Assembly: GCF_000181795.1 (NCBI RefSeq) | Contig: NW_003526943.1 | Location: forward strand, 11,274,007-11,338,006 | Reading direction: 5' to 3' | DNA from: Trichinella spiralis | Taxonomy: Eukaryota | DNA: 64,000 nt | Shown: positions 42,494-56,979 of the stretch, in pieces | Numbering within the stretch: position 1 is the first letter of the stretch | Layout: every line of letters begins with the position of its first letter | Notes under the pieces: model-generated | What the model was told of the DNA's origin: nothing | Database searches by the model: none | Seen by the model: only the letters and a program-made list of their open reading frames with translations | Program-made: the position numbers and the translations under genes

Positions 42494-45151
42494 CTACTGA
42501 GCAGAAGGGTGTTGGCCAGTGTGAGCAAGAGATTTCATCGCACCATTTTCAACAAAATGTACATTCAAATCGCTGCCTTTCAACGTGGCAACTTCGGCGA
42601 CGGTCTGCTTGCAGATCGGCTTGGCAATCAGCTTACTAGATGGAAGATTGACCAATTCAGAAGAATGTCGACGGAAAGAAAGCTGCCGTAACTGTTGCTG
42701 ACTTTGTCGCAAATGCACATAATCGATCAACTGAGTTCTAATAAATTTGAACAAAAATTAAAAATCAAAATAACAAATAAGCAATTTCAATCTTTTTCGA
42801 TCACACTACCTAGGAGTTTTGTAATCTCGCCAATGTTGACCTTCTCGACATCCGAAAAGCATCATGGACAAAATTAACAAAATGAATAATAAAACCGCAC
42901 TCGGTATGACTACAAAAAATATCCAATCTTGAAAATATGATCTTCCTAAACGGTTCGTGCTCGTAGGTCTGTATCGAACGTTGTCTGAAGAGGTGATGTA
43001 CTCATGCATTGTATCATTGGTCCAAGCCGCGCCGAAGAGTTCGTTGTGACCAATCAGCACCCTGGAATTGGTTCCATTTTTTGTCAAGCTTAAAGGTTGT
43101 TCATGCAAACGCAATCGGCACCAATCAATCTGCAATTGCATTATTCAACATTCATACTACTACTGAATTCGTATATTAAAAATTTAAGAAAAGTTAAATA
43201 CTTGAAACCGAGGTGCAAAAACGGGATTCAAAGAAACAATCTCATTGCGCTTGCAAGCGGCAGGATTTGCTTGCAATTCTTTCATCAAATTCAAAACATT
43301 CTTCTGAAAACCGCCTGGCGCAACCATGGTCACTACAGTTCCGTCATGTTTGTCAGCAAGAGCTTTATTAACTGCAAATTTTGGTATAGACAATTTCAAG
43401 ATTGTTGTGTGCTCTTTCAGTGAAGGAAAAGCTTTCATAACCAAGCTTTGCAAAAGCCTGAGAATGTTCTCATCGGCAAAAAATTGCCAAACATTATGAT
43501 TCAATATCCACAGTTCAGCAGTCTCTACTCGATCATCTTTCGCATAAACTATAACATACATAATAATTAAAGAATTTCATTAAAATTCCATTACAAAGCC
43601 CTGCAGCTTTTCAAATAATCACAAAAAATGTTGTCCAATTGTTTAAAATTTACATCTTTCTCTTCCATAATTTTTGAAAGCATGCCAAACATTTCGTAGC
43701 ATTAATTAAATTGCTCTTCGTCAGTGTGAAGAAAAACATGACAGCTGCTTTATTTAAACAAATGAGTGCAATAACTTATAGTCCAAAAGAATTAAAGCAG
43801 ATTGAATAAAAATATGCTGAACATGCACATGAAAGTCAACTTTCTATTCATAAATAAATAAATAAATAAGATTTATTAGCCATTTAATATAACATTCAGC
43901 ATTGAATTCCATTTTTTATCATCTATCTGAAGTTTGTTTAAAGATAAATTTTCATAAATTGCAAATTTACCCGGATAAACAAATCATAACGCCTGATAAA
44001 CCAAATAAAATGATTAGTGGTAAGGATTCACTGTCAATTAATTCTGTAAATGAAAAAATAGTGACTGTTGAACAGAAAACTGATTTAATAATAAGAGTGA
44101 CTTCACAAGCTAGAAAAAAAAATCAGAATCTTTGGACTTTAAGTAAAAACTGCATTTCTCATTTGTCACATTTATCAAAATTGATAACCACTCAAAGTGA
44201 ATGCCAAATTATAATCATAATCATTTATATTAGTGAACAATTACTTACACATTTATATTTCAAATTAGAAAAATTATAGATGTAAGCATCGTTGGAAAAC
44301 AAAAATGAACAATTAACTCTCATTTAGAACAGATGTTGAGAAACTGGCACAAAATTCAAAAATTATTCCTAAATAATCTTAATAAAAACCCTTTAATAAA
44401 ATCACAGCACAACCTTTTCATGCAAATATTATTTTAAAATTCATAAACCATACATTTTTAATTTCACAGAAAGAACATTTATTCATAACTTACTTCCTTT
44501 CGTAACTTTTATCCTCATCCGCTTGCGTGCAGTCTGGAATGTTTTCAGATTCAATGCAACAACCTGTGTAAAACTTTTACTTTTGATACTTTGTATTGAA
44601 TACTTATTTAAATACTTTTGAAACAGAAGAAAAACACTGCTTTAAAAAAGCAGTATAAAAACTCAAAGTTTCTTCTTAAATCTAAACCAAAGCAATGACA
44701 ATTAAGTATTGAACTTATACTTTTCATGATAATAAATTAGAAAAATACAGTACAGCTCTATCAAAATTTCTATTGTACCAACTTACCATAATGTTCTCGG
44801 TTATGTTTGATTCTGGATTGCCAAAAATGAACAAATCATAAGTCACTGGTGAATGAGTAACATGAAGCCAACTGGGTAGGTCAGGAAAACCCTCTAAAGA
44901 CACGCTGTAACGAATGGGCACTGCAATTTATTGGAAACAAATAATTATTATTCAACATTTCGTCATCCACAGAAAACCATACCACGTTGTTTAAAAAAAG
45001 ATGTAGGCGAAATGGTGTGAAAGAAAATTTTCCCCTCGGAAACTATAAGATTTTCGATTACTTCTTCCTCTTCCAATTCTTTTTCTGGCAAAGACCGAAC
45101 AAAAAGCAAAATGCTATTGCACACCACACAGAACAACAAACCTTTATACAT
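42494..45151 (-). CDS. SGCE: Alpha/epsilon-sarcoglycan homolog
   Basis: Signal peptide exon, then cadherin-like domain (YSVSLEGFPDLPSWL...FIFGNP; VVALNLKTFQTAR), IDWCRLRL, a transmembrane segment followed by MLFGCREGQHWRDYKTP, then TQLIDYVHLRQSQQQLRQLS. These are alpha/epsilon-sarcoglycan hallmarks. About 6 exons; alpha versus epsilon cannot be separated. Confidence 0.85.
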
Positions 45152-45337
45152 TTCAGTAAATTATATTAATCTAAAGCAATGGACAGTTTTTTAATTGAAA
45201 TAACACTGCGACAAAAACGTAAAATAAGCTATTCGCTGAGACTAGCACAAGTTCATTAGAAGAAAAACAATCTTAAGCATTTTCTCAATTATTTAATGAA
45301 AATGAAAAACTAAGTATATAAAATAATTTTAAAAAAT

Positions 45338-46591
45338 TTATGATTCAACGATTTGGCGTGTGTCCGCTTCGGTGACTTTTCGAATGTAAATGCAATCTTC
45401 AGGAACTGCTAATCCTTTGTCCAAATATTCATACTGATAAGAGGATGCTATTGCCAAAGAATCACCATCAGAACTGAAGTCCAAGGAAATTATGCTAGAC
45501 GGATACCTAAAATAAACATTTAAATTTGAAAAATACTTAGCATAGAAAAGCAAAGTAAAAACAAATTAAAGCATACTTGTGGTATTGAGAAAGACGTTTC
45601 TTTATAAATGGATCCCAGATGTTAACGTATCCATCTGAGCCGCCAGATGCAAACGTACCAGATGAGTGAAATGCAATAGATAAAACAGGGTAAACCATCT
45701 CTTGACCAGTTTCTGCATCTTTCAATCGATGACATTTAAAAGCATATTTTCGTTTCTGCACCTCTGGATCTGGATCAATGAATTCCACAGCAATGCGCCC
45801 TAAACAATTTTACAAATTGCATTACGAAAACCGAATAATAACATAGCTATTTTATAACCTTCAATAGAAGACACGACGAAACCTTCCGTGTCTGGAAAAG
45901 ATTTTATGCAACGCGTTTGATATTTCAAAGAAGATTCACGCTGTTGCTCAGGGCCAACGGAAAAATTTCGAAAATTCCACAACCAGACTTTTCTCATTGC
46001 AGTGCCAACAATCAAGCGATCACCGCAAACGTCCATTGTGTAAACACGTTCAGGTTGATTATAACAGCCAATACATCGTCCAACACGATAATCCCAAATT
46101 TTAATAGTCTTATCCCAACTGCCAGACACTACAAGTCCATGATTCTGATTATAACTTAAACATCGAACAGGCATTTCGTGAGCACCAAGGATAGCTTCTA
46201 AAAGAATTTATTTAAAGAGAAAATAAGATAAATATTCAATTTACCGCAATGGTTTTCAAAATCATAAAACTTGACAAATTTATCCAAGCCGCAACTGCAG
46301 CATCTGTTCGCATCCTGTAAAATCAAATTGATTAACACTTATTTTATTCATTCAAATACTCACTATAAATAAGCAATCCAAAACTGCAGCATTATGATTG
46401 TAAGAGCTGAGAACAAAATTTGTCGATGCACTGGACAATTCGTACAAACGTACGCTGCAATCCCAAGAAGATACTAACAGATGTTTGGAAGAATTGGGCG
46501 CAAAATGAACGCTTGTAATTCCATCTGATGGTGGATTATTCAAGCGATACTCATTGGGAGCAGCAATAAAATGTGGTTCAGTGCTAGACAT
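45338..46591 (-). CDS. BUB3: Mitotic checkpoint protein BUB3 (WD40 repeats)
   Basis: [39 protein letters not shown]...[56 protein letters not shown]...[27 protein letters not shown]; 5 exons with GT-AG introns. Confidence 0.93.
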
Positions 46592-47274
46592 TTCTGCCTA
46601 AGATTAAACAAGAAAACTTCATGTTAAATTGCACATTTCAAATATGATATACTCAACAAAACCCATGACCTAGTATTTAAGAAAAAAAAATATTTCACAT
46701 ACATGAATTCAAAATTAACGTTAAATGATAAAAAAAAGACTACACATACCACAAAACATAAGTTCGGGTTGAATACAGTAAGCCTCCAAAAGTTCAAAAA
46801 CAACTACCGTATTATAAGAAAATCAAGTAACAAAAAATTTAAATTTTTGTTGAAAAAGTAAAGCAAAAAATGATCAATACGTATTTAACACAAATAAAAT
46901 TATGAGCAATTTAAAAACCTGTACAGTCTTGAAAATTAACTCCAAGCTAAATGGTTATTGAATTACTGAATTTTACAGCTAGCGCCCTTGCGCAGATCTG
47001 CAGCTTCAATAGCTAAATCTTGTCAGATTGGTGTAACGGCTCATTTACTAGTTTTTTTCATTTATCATTTTGCTGTTTGTCTGAGCTTTATATTCATTTT
47101 AGCTGTTCGTTGCTGTTGTTCAATTTTATTTGATCTTCATTATTTTTAAAATAGAAAATACAGTTTGTATTTTAAAATGATAAATAGCACAGCAAAAAAA
47201 TCAAAACAAATGCATCAAACAGAATCAAAATTTGAAACTGACTGAAAATAATTTTAGCAATTACAGCTGTATTG

Positions 47275-47496
47275 TAGCTGATTTGGTCTACTTGGGGACA
47301 AATTTTCACCGCCTTTTTTTACTGGTCGTTGAACGCGCTATCTTATTGGACCTTCAATTCGTCGTCTTATTGGTTTCCCTTATCTAATTGCTCATTGATT
47401 CAAACTCTTCAGTTGTGATTAGCTGCAATATTTTTTCATTTCATTGGTTCAAATATTCCATTTAGGATTACGTAACTTTAATAGTAGTGACGTAAC
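47275..47496 (+). repeat. Dispersed repeat copy A (likely a DNA-transposon terminal sequence); inverted relative to 57549-57770
   Basis: Its reverse complement aligns along its length with 57549-57770 (e.g. aatattccatttaggattacgtaactttaat versus attaaagttacgtaatcctaaatggaatatt). Confidence 0.8.
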
Positions 47497-47994
47497 GGTC
47501 TAGTACCGATTTCCCTCCTGATATATAAATCTGCTCCCACTTTTTGTAAATAAATTTGTTGCCTGTTGAAATATATCAAGATTGGATGTTAACTTCCGGG
47601 TGTAATCTGTTTGAAAAATCTGGAATGTTGTAGCAACACTTCCAATTTCCGGGTTACAAATGGCACTAATGCTAACGTTACGCGTTAGCTCGCAATTTCA
47701 CTTAATTTTACGCATGATTTCACGCATGTGCCTTTGTCAAACATTGTTCGCGTTTCCCATCACATCACATATGTTGGTTGGTAAAGGCGATTTTAATACA
47801 AAGGGAAAGTCAAGAAGTGATAAATTGTCCACAGCTGCAGTTCTGAGTTAAAATTTGGACTGGCAATTGTTAATTTTTGTTAGCATCAAAATACTTTTCT
47901 GATTTTTCTGCCTGTTCTCTGAAAATTTTTCTGGTTTGCAAACGATTTTTATCTTTAATCTTTCCAATGTTTCTTTTGCTCCTGTTCACCAGAG

Positions 47995-48057
47995 TTGATT
48001 TGGTCTACTTAGGGACAAATTTTCACCGCCTTTTTTTACTGGTCGTTCAACGCGCTG
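47995..48057 (+). repeat. Partial direct copy of the repeat A 5' end
   Basis: tgatttggtctacttagggacaaattttcaccgcc...actggtcgttcaacgcgct is nearly identical to 47279-47339. Confidence 0.85.
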
Positions 48058-49727
48058 TTAGCTCACAAAATTGCTGTTATTTTGAAATTTATAGAAATAT
48101 TTTAATGACTATAATATTCATCATTAATAATTCACATTTTTGAAATTGGTATTTTCTTTCATTACTGTAATTTCGGGAATGTTTAATGTATGACAGAGCT
48201 AACCGTATTATTTGCTTGATTATTTTTTTTCAAGCAGTCTACGATAAATAAAGATAAAAGTGTTATTTTTATAATCACAGTTTTTTGAATGTCAATTTAT
48301 ATTTTAGTTGAAACAATTTCGAAAGCAACAGAAAACAAATTAAATTAAAATGAAGCAACATTAAAAAGGATAAACATTGGAACGTCAATGAAATTCTTAA
48401 TTATTTTCAGTTTTGCAAGCAAACGTTATCTAATTAGTTATAACAACATTATGTTGCAGATATTTTGAATGCCCTCAATAAACACAAATATTTAATTTTA
48501 ATGAGAGCTGAATGATGAATACCATTCAAAACCTATTATGAAGCAGAAATTCAACTATTCACTTTAGTCGAACGAGGGTTTTAAAAAAGTAAATAAACAA
48601 ACAAGAACTATAAAAGCAAAAATATTACGCAAACAGCATAAAATAGCGAACGTATAAAAAGAAAACTGTATTAAACGCGTGGTTTTCAGCACAAGTTTGG
48701 ATCAGTAATCGTAGTTACTCTGAACGTGGAATTTCGAAATGGTCGACAAGAGATGATTCAGGTGCACTAAAAATTGCCATTAAATTCTGTTCATTTAAAT
48801 TCAATTCAATTTTGACTTTTTTGTGCACAGCCTGAAGCCAATGTTTCGCAAGTTGTTTGTGCCAAGTCACATGTCTTTGGTTGGAAAAATTAGTCAACCT
48901 GGAACCCAATTTAACTAAGATCAGAGATTCAGATGAGAATGAAAAACAACTTTCAATTCAGAAAACATATATTATAAATGCAGCCGTATAACATTAATTA
49001 TAATTGTTTAGATAATAAAAGATACAGGCACCTAGTATTAGCACTTGTTTAGAGAAATGTTTACAAGGCTGTTGGACTCAGGACTCGATGACAATGTACA
49101 GAGCACAGTGACCGTGTGAAACATTCTTAAAAAATTTTTAGTCTTGCTTGATTTGATACATATGAAAAAATTTTAACTTCAAACATGCTGAATGAGCAGA
49201 AATTTGAAAATGATTCATAAATCACGTGCAGTGATTTGATGAAAATTATAACAGTATATCAAAACTGACGGTAAAAGAGAGTATAAAAAATTAGCAGTAT
49301 TAATTTAATAGCACATACGCCTTGTAAAAAAAATCAGGAATACATTATTCAGTGGTAAAATTTGCTCAATAATGCTGAATAATTTGGTCATTTATAGGCA
49401 ATACATGTGAAGTTATCAGAATGTATAATAAAAATTTTGCAAAGTTGTTGATTTAAAATAAATTTTCATAAACTTCAGTAGTATTTTATGATCATCAGTA
49501 TACTTGATTAACTTGATTATACTTTATTTGTGACACTGTACTCGACAGGTAAGGTAATTCATATTCAAATTCATACTGCCAGTGCTGACGGTTTCCGTTC
49601 TGGAAAAATTAGGTAAAAATGAAATCAATAAAAATTGGTGAAGTAAACAATATACAAATGTTGAAGTATTTTTTATATATAGGGCTTTCAACAAGTGCTG
49701 TGGAAGTTTAAGCTGTGGTTATCAATA

Positions 49728-50570
49728 ATGAACTCCAGTAGAGATTCGAAAGAAAACAAACTACGACCACTGGCGAATAGGAACCATAATTTAGAAGAAA
49801 ATGTTATCACGGTGAATTTATACGAACGTTATAGTTTATGCTCTGAGATCACCGATGAACGATTATGTAATGTTGCTTCAACGTGGATGTTGGATGAATC
49901 GCTGATTCGAGGAATTGATATCGAAAAAATTTTGGGCCCTACAAAATTCCAAGAAATGCCAAGTCGTTCCAGAGATCCAGGTAATGTTAGAATGATGCAA
50001 AATCCGGAGTTGGAAGATAAGAAGAACGAGTGTTATTGGTTTTGCGTGGAAATGGGTTTTTCCTGCAAGCGCGAAGAGATAAAGTTAGCTCTGGAAAGCG
50101 TACAGCGACAGATGGGCACGCAATTGTCGGAAAAAATTTCCGAATTTCTATCCGAATTGATTGTCGGCACGTCGAAGAGTTCTACAATTCCAAAATTAGT
50201 GAGAGTGAATTTTTTTCTGCACGAGCTCTCGTATTCGTACAGGGATAAGTTTCTATTCAGCCTCAGAAAAATTATTCCTATATCCAACAAATCTGAAATT
50301 GTTCGCTTTCCTTCTGTTGTGACCAACGGTCTACGTCCCAAAAAGTACATTCTATTTTCCAGTTTTTCCTTTCCCCTGCATTTAAAGAAGAATTCTGAAG
50401 TTACAGCGTCTTGTTCACATATTGAAAGTGATGCTGTGATAATTGAACCAGATGAAAGTGTAGTATCTGAAACTGGAATTCCATCTTTCTGCGGAAAATG
50501 CAAAACATTTTTTTTCTCTGTTTCGTCAGAATCTTTGCAAGACCAGGACGATGACGAAAAAGAAAATTGA
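49728..50570 (+). CDS. Intronless hypothetical protein (~280 aa from the first ATG), no recognisable domain
   Basis: Uninterrupted 843-nt ORF in AT-rich DNA, preceded by a splice-acceptor-like tatatag at ~49682. C-terminal Cys/His residues (CSH...FCGKC) and an acidic tail. Confidence 0.65.
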   Translation: MNSSRDSKENKLRPLANRNHNLEENVITVNLYERYSLCSEITDERLCNVASTWMLDESLIRGIDIEKILGPTKFQEMPSRSRDPGNVRMMQNPELEDKKNECYWFCVEMGFSCKREEIKLALESVQRQMGTQLSEKISEFLSELIVGTSKSSTIPKLVRVNFFLHELSYSYRDKFLFSLRKIIPISNKSEIVRFPSVVTNGLRPKKYILFSSFSFPLHLKKNSEVTASCSHIESDAVIIEPDESVVSETGIPSFCGKCKTFFFSVSSESLQDQDDDEKEN

Positions 50571-51446
50571 TTTTTATTTTATTCATAAAATGGAATTGCT
50601 GCGAGTTGTTTTTAAAAACATTTTTCTCACTATTCATATTTCGACTGTAATACTTGCAATAGGCAACAAAGCGGTGAGTTTGTTTTATGCACTGTTTTAC
50701 TTTTTTTTTTACTATTGTTCATTTCACTGTCAACAGAAAATTACGTTTTTCAGTTTATTTCAAATCACTTTGCCGAATATGTTTATTGGAAAGTTTATGC
50801 AATTCTTAATCATTTACATATGCTTCATTTGAAAGTAAACTATTTTCTCTACTTGTGAAACAAAATTGTTTAACTCTGTTATTTGGGTAGAAAAATATAT
50901 CAATTTGAAAAAAGCAAATTCAACTTCTCAATGCAAGTCAACAAGCATTGTTAATTCACATAAAAATTTTAAAAAAATATAAAAAATCTAATATATTAAA
51001 TTGAATATTTTACGTTATACAATGATAAAATGAGTAGCAGGAATAAATGATAAACATTTCATACTGTGATATTCAGTCAATGTTATGTTGGTGTAGCATG
51101 TAAAAAATACGTTTCTATTCAGTTTTACTTGCATAATTTTTATATTTGAATAAATTAAGGTAAAAAAATAATATTTTTGGAATTTATTTGCACCCAATTT
51201 GGAATAAAACGAACCAAAGCATTTGAAAAATAAAGTTTTAACCGTTTTTTAATATTATGTTTAGAATTAATTTAAAAAACAAAATTTTATTACCTTTCAA
51301 CTCTAAAATGAAAGTTCTTCAAAAAAGTTTATTTTATTTTATAAAGTTCAAGATACTTGTATTTATTTTATTTAAATTATACTTGCATTACATACAAGTA
51401 CTGTATCATTAACTGCCTGTTACTTGTCGAATTACTGCGAAGCATC

Positions 51447-53739
<2,293 letters not shown>

Positions 53740-54215
53740 TATTCTTTTCAGTTTTTTAATAGCGTTTTTCTTATATTGTTAACAACACTTTGTAATGAAA
53801 ATTAGGAAGCAATGAATTCTGCATAAAGTGGGAAAAATACGAAAATTCTAATTTTGTAAGCAGCTCGTACTGTTTATTGCATGAACAATAAATATACAAT
53901 ATTTTGATTCAAACATATATCAGAGTAATCTGAATTTTCAAACAAATGAAATATATCAAAATTGTTTAATATTTCAAAAAGCGACTTGCATTTTCAGTAT
54001 TATGAATTTAAAAGAAGCAAAGCAAATGGACAAATAGACCCGTGTCGTAACTTTCTTTGCAGAGTGCGCTTAATGAACTGAAAAAGTTTTACAAAACAGA
54101 CTTTAATGTTGTTTGTTGATAAAATAAACAATGTGGCGCTGATTTTTATTTTCAAATTGATGTATATACGAGTTATTTTTCGCTCAAAGCAAGCAATAGA
54201 TACAAGTATGGGCTT

Positions 54216-54249
<34 letters not shown>

Positions 54250-54390
54250 AAGTAAGTATTTTGTAAAGTATATATATATATATTGCATTGTATCTGTATT
54301 GTTTATTTTTTCATCGTAATTTCATCCTCTTACTTTTCTCAATCTGAGAACAACAGAATTATTATAAAACAGTCAAAAGGTTAGAAAAAA

Positions 54391-54456
54391 AATTTGACAA
54401 ATAGAATGAAATAAAATTTGACAAATAGAATAAAATAAGATTTGACAAATAAAATG
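54391..54456. repeat. 24-bp tandem repeat, about 2.7 copies
   Basis: Unit aatttgacaaatagaat(g/a)aaataa. Confidence 0.8.
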
Positions 54457-54516
54457 CAGAAGAGTGACAACAAATGAAATTTAGAGGTGCGCTTCAGAGC
54501 AACAACCAATGAAATT

Positions 54517-55024
54517 TTACTGCGAAAAAGTGGGCGGAGTCAGTGGAGAAATCGGGTCTATCCCCTTTCGCAGTCTGAAGGTCTTTCGATACTTCGACCA
54601 ATCTTCAGTTGCTCTCCGCGTTTCATTCTCTTCCAGGTTCTGCAACAGCTCAGTCAGGAGTGCCTCAGTATCGAGATACAGACGCTCAGAAATTGAGATC
54701 TGATCCTCAATCTCGTATGCGTTAACGGAGGCGATGCATAGCTCATCCAGCTCTTTTAGGAGCGCATTCGGCAGATTCAGGTTCGCCGCCAGTTTTTTCG
54801 ACCTTGCTCTGGCAGCTGAAGCCGTCATTACTTCACTGTCCGTAGGATGCTTGCTTCACGAAAGATCCGGCTCAGAGGACCAGAAAATGTACGGACAAAC
54901 GGCTTATGAAGGTAGCGATGCTCAGGTTCGGTGGTCTGACAACACTTTTGTCAGATGGGAAGTAGTGGACTGTATTCGACTCAAGACACGGACAGAGGGA
55001 AATTCACGCTGCACGCAAGATCTC
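54517..55024 (-). mobile_element. BEL/Pao LTR retrotransposon 5' remnant: partial LTR, tRNA-Tyr-type PBS, truncated gag
   Basis: On the minus strand an LTR-like end ...ccgtACA (54888) is followed by tggtcctctgagccggat (54882-54865), which resembles the complement of the tRNA-Tyr 3' end (TGGTCCTTCGAGCCGGA). ORF MTASAARARSKKLAANL...LLKELDELC...EDWSKYRKTFR follows; it resembles nematode Pao gag N-termini (from recall). Confidence 0.7.
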
Positions 55025-55216
55025 AAAAGCAGAGAAAAAACTCGTCAGGTGTTTCAAGAAAAACGTGATTGTGTGAAATTTAAAAAAAAGAAAATGCGAA
55101 ACTAAAGATGCACACACTACATTTGAAAACATAACTGAAAACTCTGGAAGAGAAAGCATTTCCCCGAAAAAATGTATCACCCGCAAAATCATTGCAATGA
55201 GTAACGGTATTGTGAA
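55025..55216 (+). pseudogene. Decayed inverted duplicate of the 3' part of the bZIP gene at 61337-61528
   Basis: 192-bp alignment KSREKTRQVFQEK...LKTLEEKAFPRKNVS...stop. It carries a -1 frameshift (~55082), a CAA>TAA stop and a +1 insertion. Confidence 0.92.
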
Positions 55217-55222
55217 GCAGTG

Positions 55223-55521
55223 TGTAACAGTACCGGATAGCAGATGAGGCCTATTGTATTCCAGAGTCAACGAAGGAAAATCAGGAAAGGCCGAGTTGAT
55301 CATGGACCACGATATCGTAGCACTCAGCTACCGTTGCAGCATTTAGACCTGACGATCGGTGGCGAAGTACGGTAGTGCGGAGGCACGTGGCATATTGGTG
55401 GTGCGCGATTTTGGTGTGAGTCGGTTGTGTTGTGATTTTTTTTGTGGTGATTGTTAGTAGCATGGTGTAATAAATATCTGAAATGATTGTTTGGGGGTCG
55501 TTTTGTAAATAATTTACCACA
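55223..55521 (+). mobile_element. Putative solo LTR
   Basis: Starts TGTAACA, contains AATAAA (~55469) and ends TTACCACA; GC-richer than the host DNA. No clean target-site duplication seen. Confidence 0.5.
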
Positions 55522-55523
55522 CA

Positions 55524-55810
55524 TGTCTTCCTCAAGAAGAGTAGTTGGCCGTAAGATCAATTCGGACGGTGAAAGAGAGAGGGAGAGAGGGAGAGAGAGA
55601 GATAGAGAGAGGGAGAGAGAGACAGAGAGAGAAATTCACCACCGCAAGAAGGCCTGGCGACCGATTGGTTGAAAAAAGTTGTTATACTTTATCATCAGTA
55701 AGATTACGGTGGTTGGTTGGCGTGAGGGGAGATAGTTAGTTGGTGTTGGTGCGTGGTATTCGGTTGTTGGTCGGCTGCGGTGCGATTTATCACATTGGTT
55801 ATCAGTAGCA
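55524..55810 (+). mobile_element. Putative gypsy LTR with a (GA)n tract and degenerate PBS
   Basis: TGTCTTCC...TTATCACA (55794) followed by ttggttatcagtagc, a PBS-like TGG motif, directly upstream of the integrase remnant. Confidence 0.5.
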
Positions 55811-55829
55811 CGTTGTATTAAACACTTTA

Positions 55830-56900
55830 ATATGGCCAAATCAAATAGCGAACTTTGAGAATTGGTGCACCAGTTGTGATGACTGCACGCGGAAAAAACT
55901 TGGTACATCATTGAAACCAAAGGCTCTTCTTTAGCCTCAGCTGCTGACAACCTGATGCAGAGGATCCGAATTCACTTCCTTGGTCCATTTCCGGAAACTT
56001 GACGACGAAATCGTTATATACTATTTGTCACTGATTACTTCATGAAATTGGCAGAAGCTATACCAACGAAAAACATTGAGGCATGTACGACAGCAGACGT
56101 TTTGGTTCGTCATGTTTTCAGCCATATTGGAGTACCAGAAGAAATTATAAATGATCAAGGAAGCATTCGTACGTTCGATTTCATTAGGCAAATGTGCCGC
56201 TTGCTTAAGATTCAGTGACTGAAGTGAACGTACAGGAAGTAACGTCATTCGCATGGTCAAATGGAAAGTGGATATTAAACCATGCTGTCAGTAGCAATCG
56301 CCAGCAACTCTTTTAAGTGGGTCCCTAATCTGCAGCTAGCTCTGTTAGCGTACAGGACATGAGTTCACTTGACTACGGGCGTCAACTTGTACAAAATGCT
56401 CTTTGTAGTGAGGCTACCGGTTGACATAATCTACAGATATTCCACAGACTCCATACAAGAAACTCAGAGACGCTGTGTGAAGCATCTGCTCCAGATAATG
56501 CGAAGCAGATTGATTCAGGCGACAATTCTACCAGCCATTCCAGGTTGTGAAAGGGAAAAGCTTCAGAATCCAGAGCAAACCACTGACGGGAAGCTACGTC
56601 GTTTATTAATAGGACCGTCTCATGTGGTTAAAGTCATCGGGCCAGTAACCTTCAAAGCCAAGTGATAGGGCATTCAGTGCAAGGACGCTTTGCTCTCAAA
56701 GAGATACCTGGATGCAAGGAGCGGAGCATCAGTTGTTTCACATGTGATACATGAAAAACTTCAAAAATCAATGTGGAATTTATTCAGCAGATCAGCAGTG
56801 AGATGAAGACTGAAAGCTTATAACCGGATGCAGAACTGCTGCTCGTTTGAGATGGTGGATAAGGTCAGTGACATGGCGTATCAAGTGCAGGATATGCGCA
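55830..56900 (+). pseudogene. Ty3/gypsy integrase remnant (end of H2C2 plus rve core), with stops and frameshifts
   Basis: WPNQIANFENWCTSCDDC...MQRIRIHFLGPFPET*RRNRYILFVTDYFMKLAEAIPTKNIEACTTADVLVRHVFSHIGVPEEIINDQGS..., later LAYRT*VHLTTG and GPSHVVKVIGPVTF. Confidence 0.9.
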
Positions 56901-56979
56901 ATCAGTTTGCCGGATGATGCCTCAGAGAAAGTATGGTAATGATAGGTGAAAATGATGCCCGATGCAGACGGAAAACAAG

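Noticed and set aside
54391..54456. 24-bp repeats as a CRISPR array
   Set aside because: Head-to-tail units with no spacers, in eukaryotic DNA with no cas genes.
54865..54882. tRNA gene
   Set aside because: Only the 3' 18 nt including CCA match; this is a retroelement primer-binding site, with no cloverleaf.
54734..55105. 123-aa ORF as a functional chimeric bZIP protein
   Set aside because: Mostly antisense Pao sequence; it has only half of the basic region and frameshifts before the zipper.
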